DNA of 63,624 nucleotides, counting the filler, from Octopus bimaculoides (taxonomy: Eukaryota): NCBI RefSeq assembly GCF_001194135.2. It is 5 parts of 4 records of this genome, joined end to end, with 100 filler letters (N's around TTAATTAATTAA, not from the genome) between each part and the next. Parts side by side here need not be neighbours in the genome. Positions count along the whole stretch, not along the records: positions 1 to 26,182 come from NC_068982.1; positions 26,283 to 39,797 come from NC_069005.1; 3 more parts are not named here. The stretch is one strand, 5' to 3'. Below, piece by piece: positions 13,997-26,415 of the stretch. The notes below the pieces were generated by a model, which was not told the origin of the DNA, searched no databases, and worked only from the letters and a program-made list of their open reading frames with translations. The position numbers and the translations under genes are program-made. Position 1 is the stretch's first letter. Each line of letters starts with the position of its first letter.

Positions 13997-16146
13997 CTCA
14001 TTACGTATTTACTTCAGTGACGTCATTGACTGAAAAATTCTGAACCTACGGCATTTAAACCACGATATAGTATTTGTTTTGCGTACGTCATTCAGTACAT
14101 CGCAACGTATAATAACTATTTAAGTTTATGCTCTCGGTTCACTTGAATATTTTCTTTATTTTTTTTTTATAGATATAGAAACATTCTTATAAATACACTT
14201 TCTCTTAAACTCATATGATCAATGTTGCTACATTGCCATACGATTGTAATAAAGCCGACCTGATATCTATATATTGATAGATCAATGCACCTCTAAATAA
14301 TCGATTTTATCACGGAAATAATTACAAAATATTATTGTTATTGTGACACTCTAAATATAGCGCGAAATGTTATTACTAGTTGACGACGAAGTTGTGATCC
14401 TTTTGTTTTTGAGCATATTTTAAACTGAATTGTGTGTGTATAATTTTTTTAAATTTTGAGGATGTTTGTTATTTCTTGCAGGCCAAAGGGGTTATTTCTT
14501 AGCTCGTTACAAGTGAGAAAACAGTGTCCGTAGCTTTTAGGTCCTCCAAGTCTAAGAGATGGAAATATTTAGGAACATAATAGCAATAAATGCTCAGATT
14601 AAATATTTTAAGTTATGGATTGATAGAAAAAGACAAGAATTAACAGTATTCTTAGAGAAACGAAACCGAAATAAAGATTAAATAGATGGTTGGATAATAT
14701 ACACTGATTTAGAGGATAACTATGTTAGCAAGATAAAAACATTGCTGTTACGGTAGAATACTCCTCAACGGTGGATCTAATAATTCAATGTGTTTGTGAG
14801 TGTGAGGGGGTATTATTAGGAGCATGAACATTTTATTGTTGTTTCTAAAAAGTACATAAAGTGTTTTGTTTGGTAATATAAGTTGTTTTGACTATCGCCA
14901 TAAGCAAAAATATATCTTTTCCATTTAATTAGATCAGCGAATCGAAAAGGCAATATTCGCAAGATCATCTTACTTTGAAGGGTAGCGAACCATTAAGACC
15001 AGCTGGTTTCTACCGTAGAGCAATTCCAAGACAACACATTACCAAAAACTTTTAATAACTACTCTAAGAATCATGTAATTTGGTGAACTATCCATGTAAA
15101 GAAATTTTTTATTTTCTTTGATTACTGTTCTATAAATATTACAGAGAATATTTCTTATGTAAAGCACATTTTGTAGAAATACTGAAACAATTGGAATCAC
15201 TTTTCCCTTCTCAACTATCAGTATGGGTCCACAAACAATGGCCCACACTTAAATGAAGAATAAGAAACTAGATTTGCAACACCTCTGTTTATACTGAGTA
15301 CAATACTCACATAAACAAAGTTTAATATTGGCGCGTCATTCACAGCTCCAGAACAATTAAATTTTCGATCGGTTTGAACAGGAACTAAATGTCTGTGTCG
15401 AAGTCTTGGCCATTAGTGATGTGTGTTTTTGCAATCATCAAACATTTTATGCACCATGTATTTGAATTTGTAGGGTGTGTGATAGTTTAATCTGAGTGCC
15501 CTTTTAACTAATAACCTTATGATGTAATAAATAACATCAGGATATGAAATTATAAGTCGCAAACTATACAAATAAACCATTATAATTTGCTAGCTAACAC
15601 CGTGTGGCAATGTATGTTTTTTAAGCGAACATTGATTAGGTATAAGAAAATGTTCATAATATCTGGACACAAAAAAGAAGAAAATTTGTTTTTCACATTA
15701 CAAATAACCTATGTAAATATTGAATATGATGAGTTAAATTTGCCTTGTTGACATTAATTCAATGTTAATATCAGACTATACGGCATATAAACACCATTGC
15801 GATACTGCTTTATTCACTTTTGCTTTCAAGAAAAACATTGAGATCAAATGATTAAAATTGTATTGATCTCTTTCAAACTGATGATCGGACCGACTGTCTA
15901 AAGAGGAATTTAAATTTCCTGTTATATATATTTTCCCAAAAAATCAATATATTAATTTTTACAAAGAGCAAGAATATAAAGTATGCTGATAAGTTCGTTG
16001 ATCATTAATCATTTTAAAAGATAAAAAAGATGATAGTAATTTTAACACTAAGTATGGTTGGTGACCTTTTATTCTAAACAATAAAGGTAAGTTATCTCAT
16101 GCCAGTTAATGTTATATATCTATACGTTTATATATATACATATATA

Positions 16147-16180
<34 letters not shown>

Positions 16181-16214
16181 CATATACTATGTATACACAC
16201 ACACACACACATAT

Positions 16215-18395
16215 TTTTAAAAATCAGTTTCAGCTCAAACGTGTGGCCATGCTAGGGCACCTCTGTTTTGCTACACTGTTATTATTTAGAGCCTCCTCTG
16301 ATATGTAGCATTTGGTGAATAAAAGAGTTTGATGTCGCTGCCATTATTTGCGCTTCCTCCCGCGAGGTAGGTACATCTGGGACTCCCGACAGGAAAAGAT
16401 CCAGTTTTGTTTTGAAAACACCTGTATCCACTTTGTGTAAGTCCCTCAGGATCTTTGGGAGAATATTAAAAAGCTGCTGTTGGTCTTTGAAACCCAGGCT
16501 GTTGCAGTAACCGGTCATGAAGCGCGATGGCATTGTTGGGATCTTTGGCATTGTGCAGTGGCGACCCGTTTTGGAATTTGTGTAGCTTTCAATGCCAAAA
16601 CTTGGCACAATTTCTTCCAGGATCTTCCAGATGTATATTACTGCATATCTCTCTCGACTTCACTCCAAGGAGTAGAGTCTTAGCTGTTTCAGATTTTACC
16701 AGTAGCTGTTGCAATGAGACGATCTTCTTTGGGCAGCTTCTCTGGATTGCTTCAAGGTCACTGTGGGGTGACCATAGTCGAGAGCAGTATTCAAGGCGGC
16801 TGAGGACGAATGTCCTCCAGATGACCATCATGGTCTCCTTCTCTCTGGTTCTGAAAGTTCTCAAGATCCAGTCAGCCAGCCAGCAGTATGCACTTTGTCA
16901 CCATTTTGGTAATGCGCACTTCGAAAGAGATATCATCACTCATGTCGATACACAAGTCACGCACTGATTTAGGTTCTGCGATTGTTATCACCCCTGGACC
17001 GGTGTACCCTGTAAGTTTTTCATTCAGTTTTAGGCACTGGTAGCGCATGGCTTGGAATTTTCCAGTATTAAACTGCATATTATTGTCCTCATCCCATCTG
17101 TAAATTGCGTCCAACTCTTGCTGCAGGCGTGCAACATCACTCGGGTTTTGTATTTTCTGCGAGACTTTCGTATCGTCTGCGTAGCAAGCAAGGGTGACTA
17201 TCCGGGCAGCTGAGGGCATATCTGAGAGGGCTGCTATGAAAATCAGTGTTCCGAAGACAGCATCCTGTGGAACACCACTCATTTTCTGTGTTTTCTTTGA
17301 GGTGGCTCCATTGGCCACAACTGACTGACTTCTATCTTTCAGAGAGTCATGTAACCACTCTCTAAGTTTTCCAGTTATACCATGGTCACACAGTTTGCCG
17401 CATATCATACCATGATCAACTTTATCAAAAGCTTTTGCAGAGTCAAGCTATATTACGTTCACATTTGAGTTGTTGAGTAACTGCCTCAACACCCAGTCAT
17501 AGTGCTGTAGGAGCTGGGTCAAGCAGCTTTTACCTGGTCGAAAACCATGCTGGGAATCACCCAGCAAATCGTTTTCTTCAAGGAATGCGATTAGTTTCCC
17601 TTTGACTATTCGTTCCATGACTTTGCTGATGTGTGAAGTCATAAGGATAGGCTTATAACTTTTGGCATCTGCTACTACTTCTTCCTTTATGGATTGGGCA
17701 TAGTATTTGCTCCTTCAGTTTGCTTGGCAGCTTGCCATTTGTAACAAAACTCTGGAAGAGAATCTCTAGTGGTTTCGCCTGGGCACGTTTACACGATTTG
17801 AGGAAGATTGCTGGGAAACCACCAGGGCAAGCAGTTGAGTTTGCGTTCATCTCATCTATGGATAGTACTATATATTCTTCACCAATGTCGATGTAATCCA
17901 TCGTAACTGCCTCGCCGGTTATAGGTGAGGCGGCAAATAAATCCACTGGTTCGTTCGCTTGGGGATTCCATTGTAAGCTCCATATTCTTTTGTGGGACTA
18001 CTGGAACAGAGGGACGTCTGGTTGTTGCTTCTTCATCTTTCCTATCCTTATCAGCCTGGTTGTTCACAAGGGTGGGGGCTCCATTCTTTTGTGGGACCAC
18101 TGGATTAGAGGGACTTCTGGCTGTTGCTTCATCTTCCCTATCCTTATCAGCCTTGCCACAGTTGTTTTCCATGATAGCGTCAGGAGTGTCAATGTGTGGT
18201 CTAATAAGGGCATATGATCGGATAAATTCGTTTTTCTTCCGTTTTGTTTGCTCAATGGTTCAACAGAAACTATTGTTCTTCTGTGCAGCAGTAATGATGT
18301 TTGGCGGATCTCCACTAGCGATTTCCAAGTTTGCAACAGAAGTTTCAGTTCCTTCCTCCCCCACTTTGGTGCCATCTTCGCTGTCTTAGCCCAGA
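16215..18395 (-). mobile_element. Decayed CR1/L2-group LINE (RT with YADD), apparently lacking the endonuclease region
   Basis: Frames include SKVMERIV, QHGFRPGKSCLTQLL, KAFDKVDHG, SGVPQDAVFGTLIF, CYADDTKV (17183-17172), MQFNTGKFQ, LSRLEYCSRLWSP and FKTKLDLFLSGVPD. The 5' part is an unrelated repeat-containing ORF. Confidence 0.9.
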
Positions 18396-18419
18396 TGGGG
18401 ATGGGGAAATTCGAATGGA

Positions 18420-19145
18420 AGTGAGAGAGACAGACAGGGATAAAGATAAGGGGAGACAAAATAGAGGGAGAGGAAGGGGAATAGAAAGAGAGAGAGTGAC
18501 AAAGTAAGGGAGAGAGCGGAGAGAAAATGAGAAATATATGAAGGAAAAGGAGAGAGAGAGAGTGAAGGGAAGATGAGGGAAAATGAGGAATATATGAGGG
18601 AGAGAAGAGAGAGAGGTAGAGGTGGAGAGAGAGGTAGAGGTGGAGAGAGAGAGAGAGAGACCGAAGGAGAAAGAGAGGAGGGAAAAGGAGGAAGATATGA
18701 AAGGGAGAGAGAAAGAGAAAGACAGAGACAGAATGAGGGAGAGAGAGGAGGAAAAAGAGGAAGATATGAAAGAGAGAGGGGAAGAGTGGGTAAAAAGATA
18801 TGAAGGAAAGAGAAAAACAGGGTACGGGACGAAGAAGGCCGCTGTAAGTGAGTGAGAAGTTATACGAAATACGATAGCGGGAAGAAAGAGAAAGAGAGGG
18901 AGAGAGTTAGAGGCAGAGAGAGACTAGAGAGACGGAGAGAGAGGAGAGAAAAGAGGAAGATATGAAAACGGGAGGGAGAGAGGAAGAGTGAGAAAGAGAG
19001 AGGGGGAAAGAGGAAGATATGAGAGAGGGAAGAGCAGGCAACGAAGATATGAAGGAAAGAGAAAAACAGAGGGTATAGAAGGAAAAGACCGCTGTAAGTG
19101 AGTGAGAAGTTACATGAAAAACGATACCAGGACGAAAGAAGAGGA
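18420..19145 (+). repeat. Polypurine (GA-rich) low-complexity tract with an internal 250-bp duplication
   Basis: Almost pure A/G; ccgctgtaagtgagtgagaagtta at 18839 and 19089; recurrent gaggaagatatga. Confidence 0.9.
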
Positions 19146-19620
19146 TTCGCGACGAATATGCTGCCTTAAATTTTTCAAACAGCGGATTGTAAACAAAAGT
19201 AAACAATAGCTCCTACCGCAAATTTTTCATTCGGTAACACCAAAATAAACAAAATACACAAAATGCATACGATATTTATTCACAAGAGGTAAAATTCCAG
19301 TTGTTGTTGTTGTACGAAGCAGTTTCTTTCAAACAGAAATCGATGTCTGTTTACACACGGCCACTTGTTGAAAATACGATTTATTACGACGCGGTCTTTG
19401 TTGACGATAACTCTGGCTTGCGTCGCTGAATTTAGTGTAATATATTGAACTCGTTTTACAAATATATTACAGTAGACCGTTAAGAAATAACAAGTGCTAT
19501 ACGCTTTTGTAGATGTTTCCATTGATTTAGGGAATTCCTCTTGGTTTTTTTCAGGAGCACGCAGAAACACGGAAAAACATATCTTCCACAGCCGAAACCG
19601 GAAGGATGGCTGATTAGAAC

Positions 19621-19780
19621 AGGCGTGGCTGTGTGGCAAGTAGCTTACTTCCTAACCACAAGGTTTTGGGTTCAGTCCCACTGCGTGACATCTTGGGCAA
19701 GTGTCTTCTACTATATCTTCGAGCCGACAAAAGCCTTCTGAGTGGATTTGGTAGACGGATATTGAAAGAAGCCTATCGTA
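19621..19780 (+). mobile_element. tRNA-derived SINE, family B
   Basis: aggcgtggctgtgtggcaag...gggttcagtcccactgcgtgacatcttgggcaagtgtcttc, ending in a (TA)n tail. Confidence 0.85.
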
Positions 19781-19784
19781 TATG

Positions 19785-19831
<47 letters not shown>

Positions 19832-20740
19832 NNNNNNNNNNNNNNNNNNNNNNNNNNNNNNNNNNNNNNNNNNNNNNNNNNNNNNNNNNNNNNNNNNNNN
19901 NNNNNNNNNNNNNNNNNNNNNNNNNNNNNNNNNNNNNNNNNNNNNNNNNNNNNNNNNNNNNNNNNNNNNNNNNNNNNNNNNNNNNNNNNNNNNNNNNNNN
20001 NNNNNNNNNNNNNNNNNNNNNNNNNNNNNNNNNNNNNNNNNNNNNNNNNNNNNNNNNNNNNNNNNNNNNNNNNNNNNNNNNNNNNNNNNNNNNNNNNNNN
20101 NNNNNNNNNNNNNNNNNNNNNNNNNNNNNNNNNNNNNNNNNNNNNNNNNNNNNNNNNNNNNNNNNNNNNNNNNNNNNNNNNNNNNNNNNNNNNNNNNNNN
20201 NNNNNNNNNNNNNNNNNNNNNNNNNNNNNNNNNNNNNNNNNNNNNNNNNNNNNNNNNNNNNNNNNNNNNNNNNNNNNNNNNNNNNNNNNNNNNNNNNNNN
20301 NNNNNNNNNNNNNNNNNNNNNNNNNNNNNNNNNNNNNNNNNNNNNNNNNNNNNNNNNNNNNNTATATATATATATTTATATTTATATAGTATATTTTAAA
20401 AAAAACCTTAGGGAATAATAATTATTCCAGATTATCAGGATATTTACTATTCTACACTTTACTAATAATGCAAAGCAAAGAGTGTCAATTATAATATTAT
20501 TATTACAAATTTGGGATTTTACCAATAGGACTATAACTTCAATTTCAGGACAACCTTATTTACACATAGAACATTATATCCAAAATACTAATCTAATAAT
20601 ATAAGCATTTTAAAGCCTACTATAACATACAATAAGAATCAAATACATTAGAATTAATTATAAATTATTTAAACATCTTTTTAAAAAATATATATACCTT
20701 ACTTGTTATTAGTCTGTGGGGAAAGAAGATAACATTAATC

Positions 20741-20797
20741 AACGCTACATGTGTTTCAGCGCTGGTGGTTCGTTTTACCAGTGCATCCTCAGGCTAT
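20741..20797 (-). ncRNA. Type I hammerhead ribozyme-like motif
   Basis: GC-CTGAGGA-TGCACTGGT(N10)ACCAGCGCT-GAAA-CACATG-TA-GC. Stem II has 7 of 8 pairs, stem III contains palindromic ACATGT, stem I is eroded. Confidence 0.55.
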
Positions 20798-20804
20798 TTT
20801 CCTC

Positions 20805-20867
<63 letters not shown>

Positions 20868-21099
20868 TTATTAACGGATCCAACTTAATCCTACAAATTC
20901 TAAGATATCTTCATTAAAAATAAATATATATATATATATAACTTGCTAATATATTTTTACAAAATTTAAAAGATTTTAAAACTTAGAAAATTATGAAATT
21001 TTTAAAAATTCATAAAAATTTAATAAAAAATTAATAAAATAAAATTAAACACCTAAAAAAGTAGCGATATATATAGAAAGCGCTAAACATAAAGAAACC

Positions 21100-21735
21100 C
21101 TCATCGACTATTTTATAAACACGTCAAATTAAACCGCCTATCTATATAAACTTTATGGGAATTAATAATTTATTGTGAAATTTACCCCTATCAATACTAG
21201 TATATATTACCAGTATTATGACAAGCGTATGCTAATAATATTTAAACAGTAAAAAACCTCTATATATGTCATAAATTTATTGAATAAAACTAGTAAATGG
21301 AACTATTTACCACAATTAACAAAGGCAGAATACTTATCTGCATGTTTAATCTTTCTTTAACCTGTGCAAATGGCTGCACCTTCTGTCCTGCGTTAAGCAT
21401 TATGGGGAAAAGAATACACTACTCTAGAAAAAATTCTTTAAGACTAATATCATTTGAGAGGTTGAATACAAAGGGAGGTAATAATAAGATACTCTTATCT
21501 ATATGTATAATTGGATTTTTTTTTCAGTGTTAAAGATTTAGAGATTTATTTTATTTAATATGTGGCCTGTCTAATCCTTTTTAAGGTAATATTCTTTACG
21601 TATTTTTTTTCTTGGTTTTAGGTATATCCATATCTAATACTATTATATAATTCTATTAAAAACTACATTTAACTATCTTCCTCATTAATTGTTTGAGAAA
21701 TTACATACTGGGGGGGGAGTTATCTTTTCATATAT
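21100..21735 (-). mobile_element. Highly degenerate Penelope-like element C-terminus
   Basis: Minus frames give RILP*KG (LPYKG-like), FSRVVYSF and RKIKHADKYSAF (GIY-YIG-like). Followed on the same strand by a T-rich tract and a hammerhead-like motif at 20741-20797. Confidence 0.45.
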
Positions 21736-21906
21736 TTTTCATTTTATTATACATGNNNNNNNNNNNNNNNNNNNNNNNNNNNNNNNNNNNNNNNNNNNNN
21801 NNNNNNNNNNNNNNNNNNNNNNNNNNNNNNNNNNNNNNNNNNNNNNNNNNNNNNNNNNNNNNNNNNNNNNNNNNNNNNNNNNNNNNNNNNNNNNNNNNNN
21901 NNNNNN

Positions 21907-21971
<65 letters not shown>

Positions 21972-22534
21972 ATGTATGCATGTACATATATCGATGCTGT
22001 ATTTCTTCGGTCAGAAAGTGACTTTACGATTTATTTTGTTAGTATTACTGAAACTCACAATTTGGCAACTTAAATTTAAATTAGCTTTTACAGTTAATTT
22101 CAATTATTTCGTCACTTTAGAAACGTTTTTCAAGCAAGATATTTCTCGATATTTTTACCTTTTATTGTTAACTCTCTTGAGTTAATTCCTATACTTTCCC
22201 TATTTCTATATTCTGTTAATATTTCACATGATGCTTTTTGCTGATGACGACATGTCAGCAATTATTGATGTTCGGCACATCAAATTTTTCAAGCCGTTAA
22301 TATTATAAGTATATACTTACTTGAGTAGATATAATATGATTTTATTTTCTTGCTAGTTTTTGTTTTAGCCACCATTAGGTTTCATTATTTGTCAAAGTAT
22401 GAATTCATTTCATTTTTAACGAACTTTTAAACACTTGTAGAGAAAACAGTGTTTCCATTACATTTGCGATATATTAATTCCTCTCTCTTTCTCTCTCTCA
22501 CTCATTCACTATTCCTCATTTTATACACACGCGT

Positions 22535-22570
<36 letters not shown>

Positions 22571-23789
22571 ACACACATATTTACACTCATACATAGTATG
22601 TGTATGTAATTTATTATATACTCACGTGTGTGTGTGTCTGTGTGTGTACATACGTATATATATGTATAACATAATTAGTATGAGACTGTTGGCATGATCA
22701 ATATAGTTGTGAAGGAAATGTTACAACTATAATTGGATGAATAATTGCGTTCAAAAATTATTTTTATTATTATTTTATATATAAAGCAAAATAGATCCTC
22801 GTTATTTCATTTGCATTTAAATATATTCTACATCCATAGACTCATTGTGCGGCGCTGTGATTTAGTAATATCATTTCTCAATAGAAAATCTTCGAAAGAA
22901 ATGTAATGTTTCCGTCAATGATAAAGAATTATTGAATTGAGAAATTCATTATAAATGTGATTTACGAGTGAATTTATCTCTGTTGATGTTGGGATAAATA
23001 GTTCAATTAAAGTAGTTAATTTTACTCGCTCTAAGACGCCTTCTATTGATTTTAACTTCAAGTGTAGAATGTGGAAAATTAACGTTCTTTGTGTATTTTA
23101 GTGAAGCGTATCTTTTTACTTTTAAATGATTTTTGTCAGTTATCTTTTAATTGATCTAAAAAGCTGGATATGTAGATTGCTTTTGAAGTATTGGAAAGAA
23201 ATGTTACACTCCTGAATATATTCATTGACAATATTCAACATGGGATTTTTCTTTAAAATTCCATTGTTTTCAATATAACATTTTTATTTTGTAAAGATTT
23301 AACGTTCCACTTTATCATGCATCACCATATAAGATATACTTTACTATTACATTTTGAGAATAAAATTTGTTATTTAATTTTCAGTTTATTTTTTGGAATT
23401 TTTTTTTCTTTAGAATGTTATAGTCATCAAATTCATTGTGAAGAGAGCCTAATTAATTTATATATTCATCAACGTTGGAGAAAATGAAACAGATGCGCTT
23501 TAGAAAAACAGCTTTCATGTCTAAAGAATTTCTTTTCATCTTGTTCCAATTATTTATGCTTTAATTAAATTAGACATACCTATTGATACTAGCAGACAAG
23601 ATATACTAACATATTTTATTTTTAGAAAATGTCCACAAGCTGAAATCCATAAAGTTATAAAATAAATTCCACAAAAAATTATCAATTATCAAACATTTTA
23701 TGAAGAACAATTGTGAATAATTATGTACTATATAATTAATTGAAAGGTAATTTATTTCATCAGATAATGATCCCTTTTCAAATAATATA

Positions 23790-24010
23790 TACCGGGTGCG
23801 GTGAATATATTGTCGTCTAAATTACATAAAAATGAAAATAACACTGATATCTCATTTTAACAGATATATTTACCAAAATTGCATAAAAATATTTTGAAAT
23901 ACTAAAGAGTAAATTTATTCAATAAAATTGCCCTTGGCCTCCAGACGGCTTCGGAATCTCCTGTGACTCTTCTGGACGGTCTCGTTGTTTAAGTTGGTCA
24001 ATGCTGCCGT
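23790..24010 (-). mobile_element. Tc1/mariner-superfamily transposon end
   Basis: TA-CCGGGTG terminus at 23790; minus-strand ALTNLNNETVQKSHRRFRSRLEAKGNFIE* resembles a transposase C-terminus. Confidence 0.7.
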
Positions 24011-24550
24011 AATCTTTGGTATTACACGGAATTTTGTTAGTCTCTCACTCAACTATAACATAACTTAATTTGCCATTACTATCATTACATTCAAGTATGA
24101 AGTCGATCTTTTTTCTACTTCAATTATTAGATATTTTCCTCTTATAAAATACACACATACAAGAGGAACAAATTCTATATATAATAATACTTTGAATGTG
24201 GATCTCGAGAAACAGTAAGAGTAATTACCCGATCAACGACGGGTATTGCTGCTATTATAGAATAAATTAGAGAGAAATTAAGTTTATACGCTTATTCAAC
24301 ACTTCTTACACGAATAAATAAATCTATTATTTAAGGTTTTAGCTTATAATCGGAATACATGATGAAATCATCAGAGATAATAAACAATTTCTTGATGTAA
24401 TCTGAATGTAAGTTAAAACTTTGAATAAGGGATGTATTGTTCATTAATGAGACCCATTTAAGAATGTGTTGAATGTTATGATAAACATATCTCTACTCTT
24501 ATTTTTTATGTATATATTTACATAGATATATGTATGTATGTATACGTATA

Positions 24551-24619
<69 letters not shown>

Positions 24620-26226
24620 ACGCACACATTTAAGGAGTAAATATATTTATATGTATATATACACACATAAATATGTATAATGTATATCTATATTCCATTA
24701 CATATATGCATACATAGTTTATTAGAGGTTCTTTTAAGTTGCAAACTTGTAGCAGCTGAATGAAGAAATAAATCAAAATGCTCGGAAACACTGACATCAA
24801 TATTTTAAATTCATAAATGAACGGAAAATATACAGTGAACGCTATCTAGGAAAGCCTTATCTGGAGACATTTAGAACTTGAACTATTCACCTTTCTGAAA
24901 ATTAATTTCATAATGCAAAATGAAAATTGTTTTCATGTAAATACCACAAAGACGCTTGCATCAAATAACCCCGTACTAGAAATTATTTCACATATACATC
25001 TATCAAGAGGAAAATAAATCAACAAAACTAATTTTAATTAAAAGTGTATCTTTGACCATATTTACAGATGAGCTATGTAAAGATTAAAGCACAATACTTA
25101 TTGAATTTCTATAACACGTAACCTCTATATTTCAGTGATAACATCACCTAAAATGTGTGACATTAATGTTGTTACAAATTTACTCTGAAATGTATTATTT
25201 GTGACACATTAACCCATGCCTGTAGACTGTGCCTGTTTTCACCATATCATTATCCATTCTGTATTATGCGTTCCAGATTGCCTTCTAAACTCTTTACTAA
25301 AGCTATTTTTCACCAGGATTGTGGCCTTATCGGATTCTTTTCCTGTTCAATGTTTTACTATAAACGTTCATTTTATAGAACTTCAAAGTCAATAAAACAG
25401 CATTGATCCCATCTATCCGCATTCTACAAATGTTACGATTGCTGCCACTTCTTCGATTTATTGATAAATGAATAAAGAAAATACCCATATAAGAGTCAAA
25501 GCTTTTCAAAACTCGTTTGAAAACCAATGGTTTTGCCATTTAAGATCTAATTCAGCAGTACGGTAATATATTCGATTTTATGAACTGAATATTCAGAAAA
25601 ATTTTTATTTAGAAAGCTAATATAGTTTCTCCAACGTTACAGCTTCTGTTGAAATATCTCGGAACTCTATTATTCATAAATAATATGAAAATATATTTTT
25701 ATCATGAATAGAAGCATTCATGACAAAATCAAAAATAAAATTTGATTTCGTAAATCAGAAAAATATATGAAGCATTGTCTCTTATCAACCATATTTACTT
25801 CTCTATCGTTGAAATGGGCTCAGTATTTATCTATATGCGGTTTGTTATGAATATGCCTTGGGTCGTTATTGTGACTCAATGAGACGCAAATGACAAACAT
25901 ACTAGAATATAGGGGATCTGACTTATATTATCAGGAACAATTTAAACATATCTCTTACTTTACTTCTATAGCTCTTCAAACTGTATTGTTTGGCTAAGAA
26001 ATACACATTGCAATTCAAGTCAGTTTAAGCCTACTTACTGTATTTATATCTTCACTGAAAACATGCGCATACATATACACACACTTTCTCTTTGTCACAC
26101 ACACATATACATGCATATATCATATGTGTGTTTGTAGGTACATTATACACACACACACATGCACACACACACACACACACACNNNNNNNNNNNNNNNNNN
26201 NNNNNNNNNNNNNNNNNNNNNNNNNN

Positions 26227-26238
26227 TTAATTAATTAA
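26227..26238. other. Assembly linker TTAATTAATTAA inside an N gap (also 39842, 55716, 60761)
   Basis: Identical palindromic 12-mer with stop codons in all six frames, always embedded in Ns. Confidence 0.95.
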
Positions 26239-26282
26239 NNNNNNNNNNNNNNNNNNNNNNNNNNNNNNNNNNNNNNNNNNNN

Positions 26283-26415
26283 AGACGACCGAGTCAGTGA
26301 GAGAGGGGGAGGGGGTGTTATGTGGTCTTCTCGAAGCAGACGACCGAGTCAGTGAGAGAGGGGGAGGGGGTGTTATGTGGTCTTCTCGAAGCAGACGACC
26401 GAGTCAGTGAGAGAA
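26283..26415. repeat. 55-bp tandem repeat beside a gap
   Basis: agacgaccgagtcagtgagag starts at 26283, 26338 and 26393. Confidence 0.9.

Noticed and set aside
18573-18855. Long charged R/E-rich ORFs
   Set aside because: Translation of a GA low-complexity tract, with no coding evidence.
25211-25225. TTAACCC piggyBac-like end
   Set aside because: No matching opposite end or transposase remnant was found.
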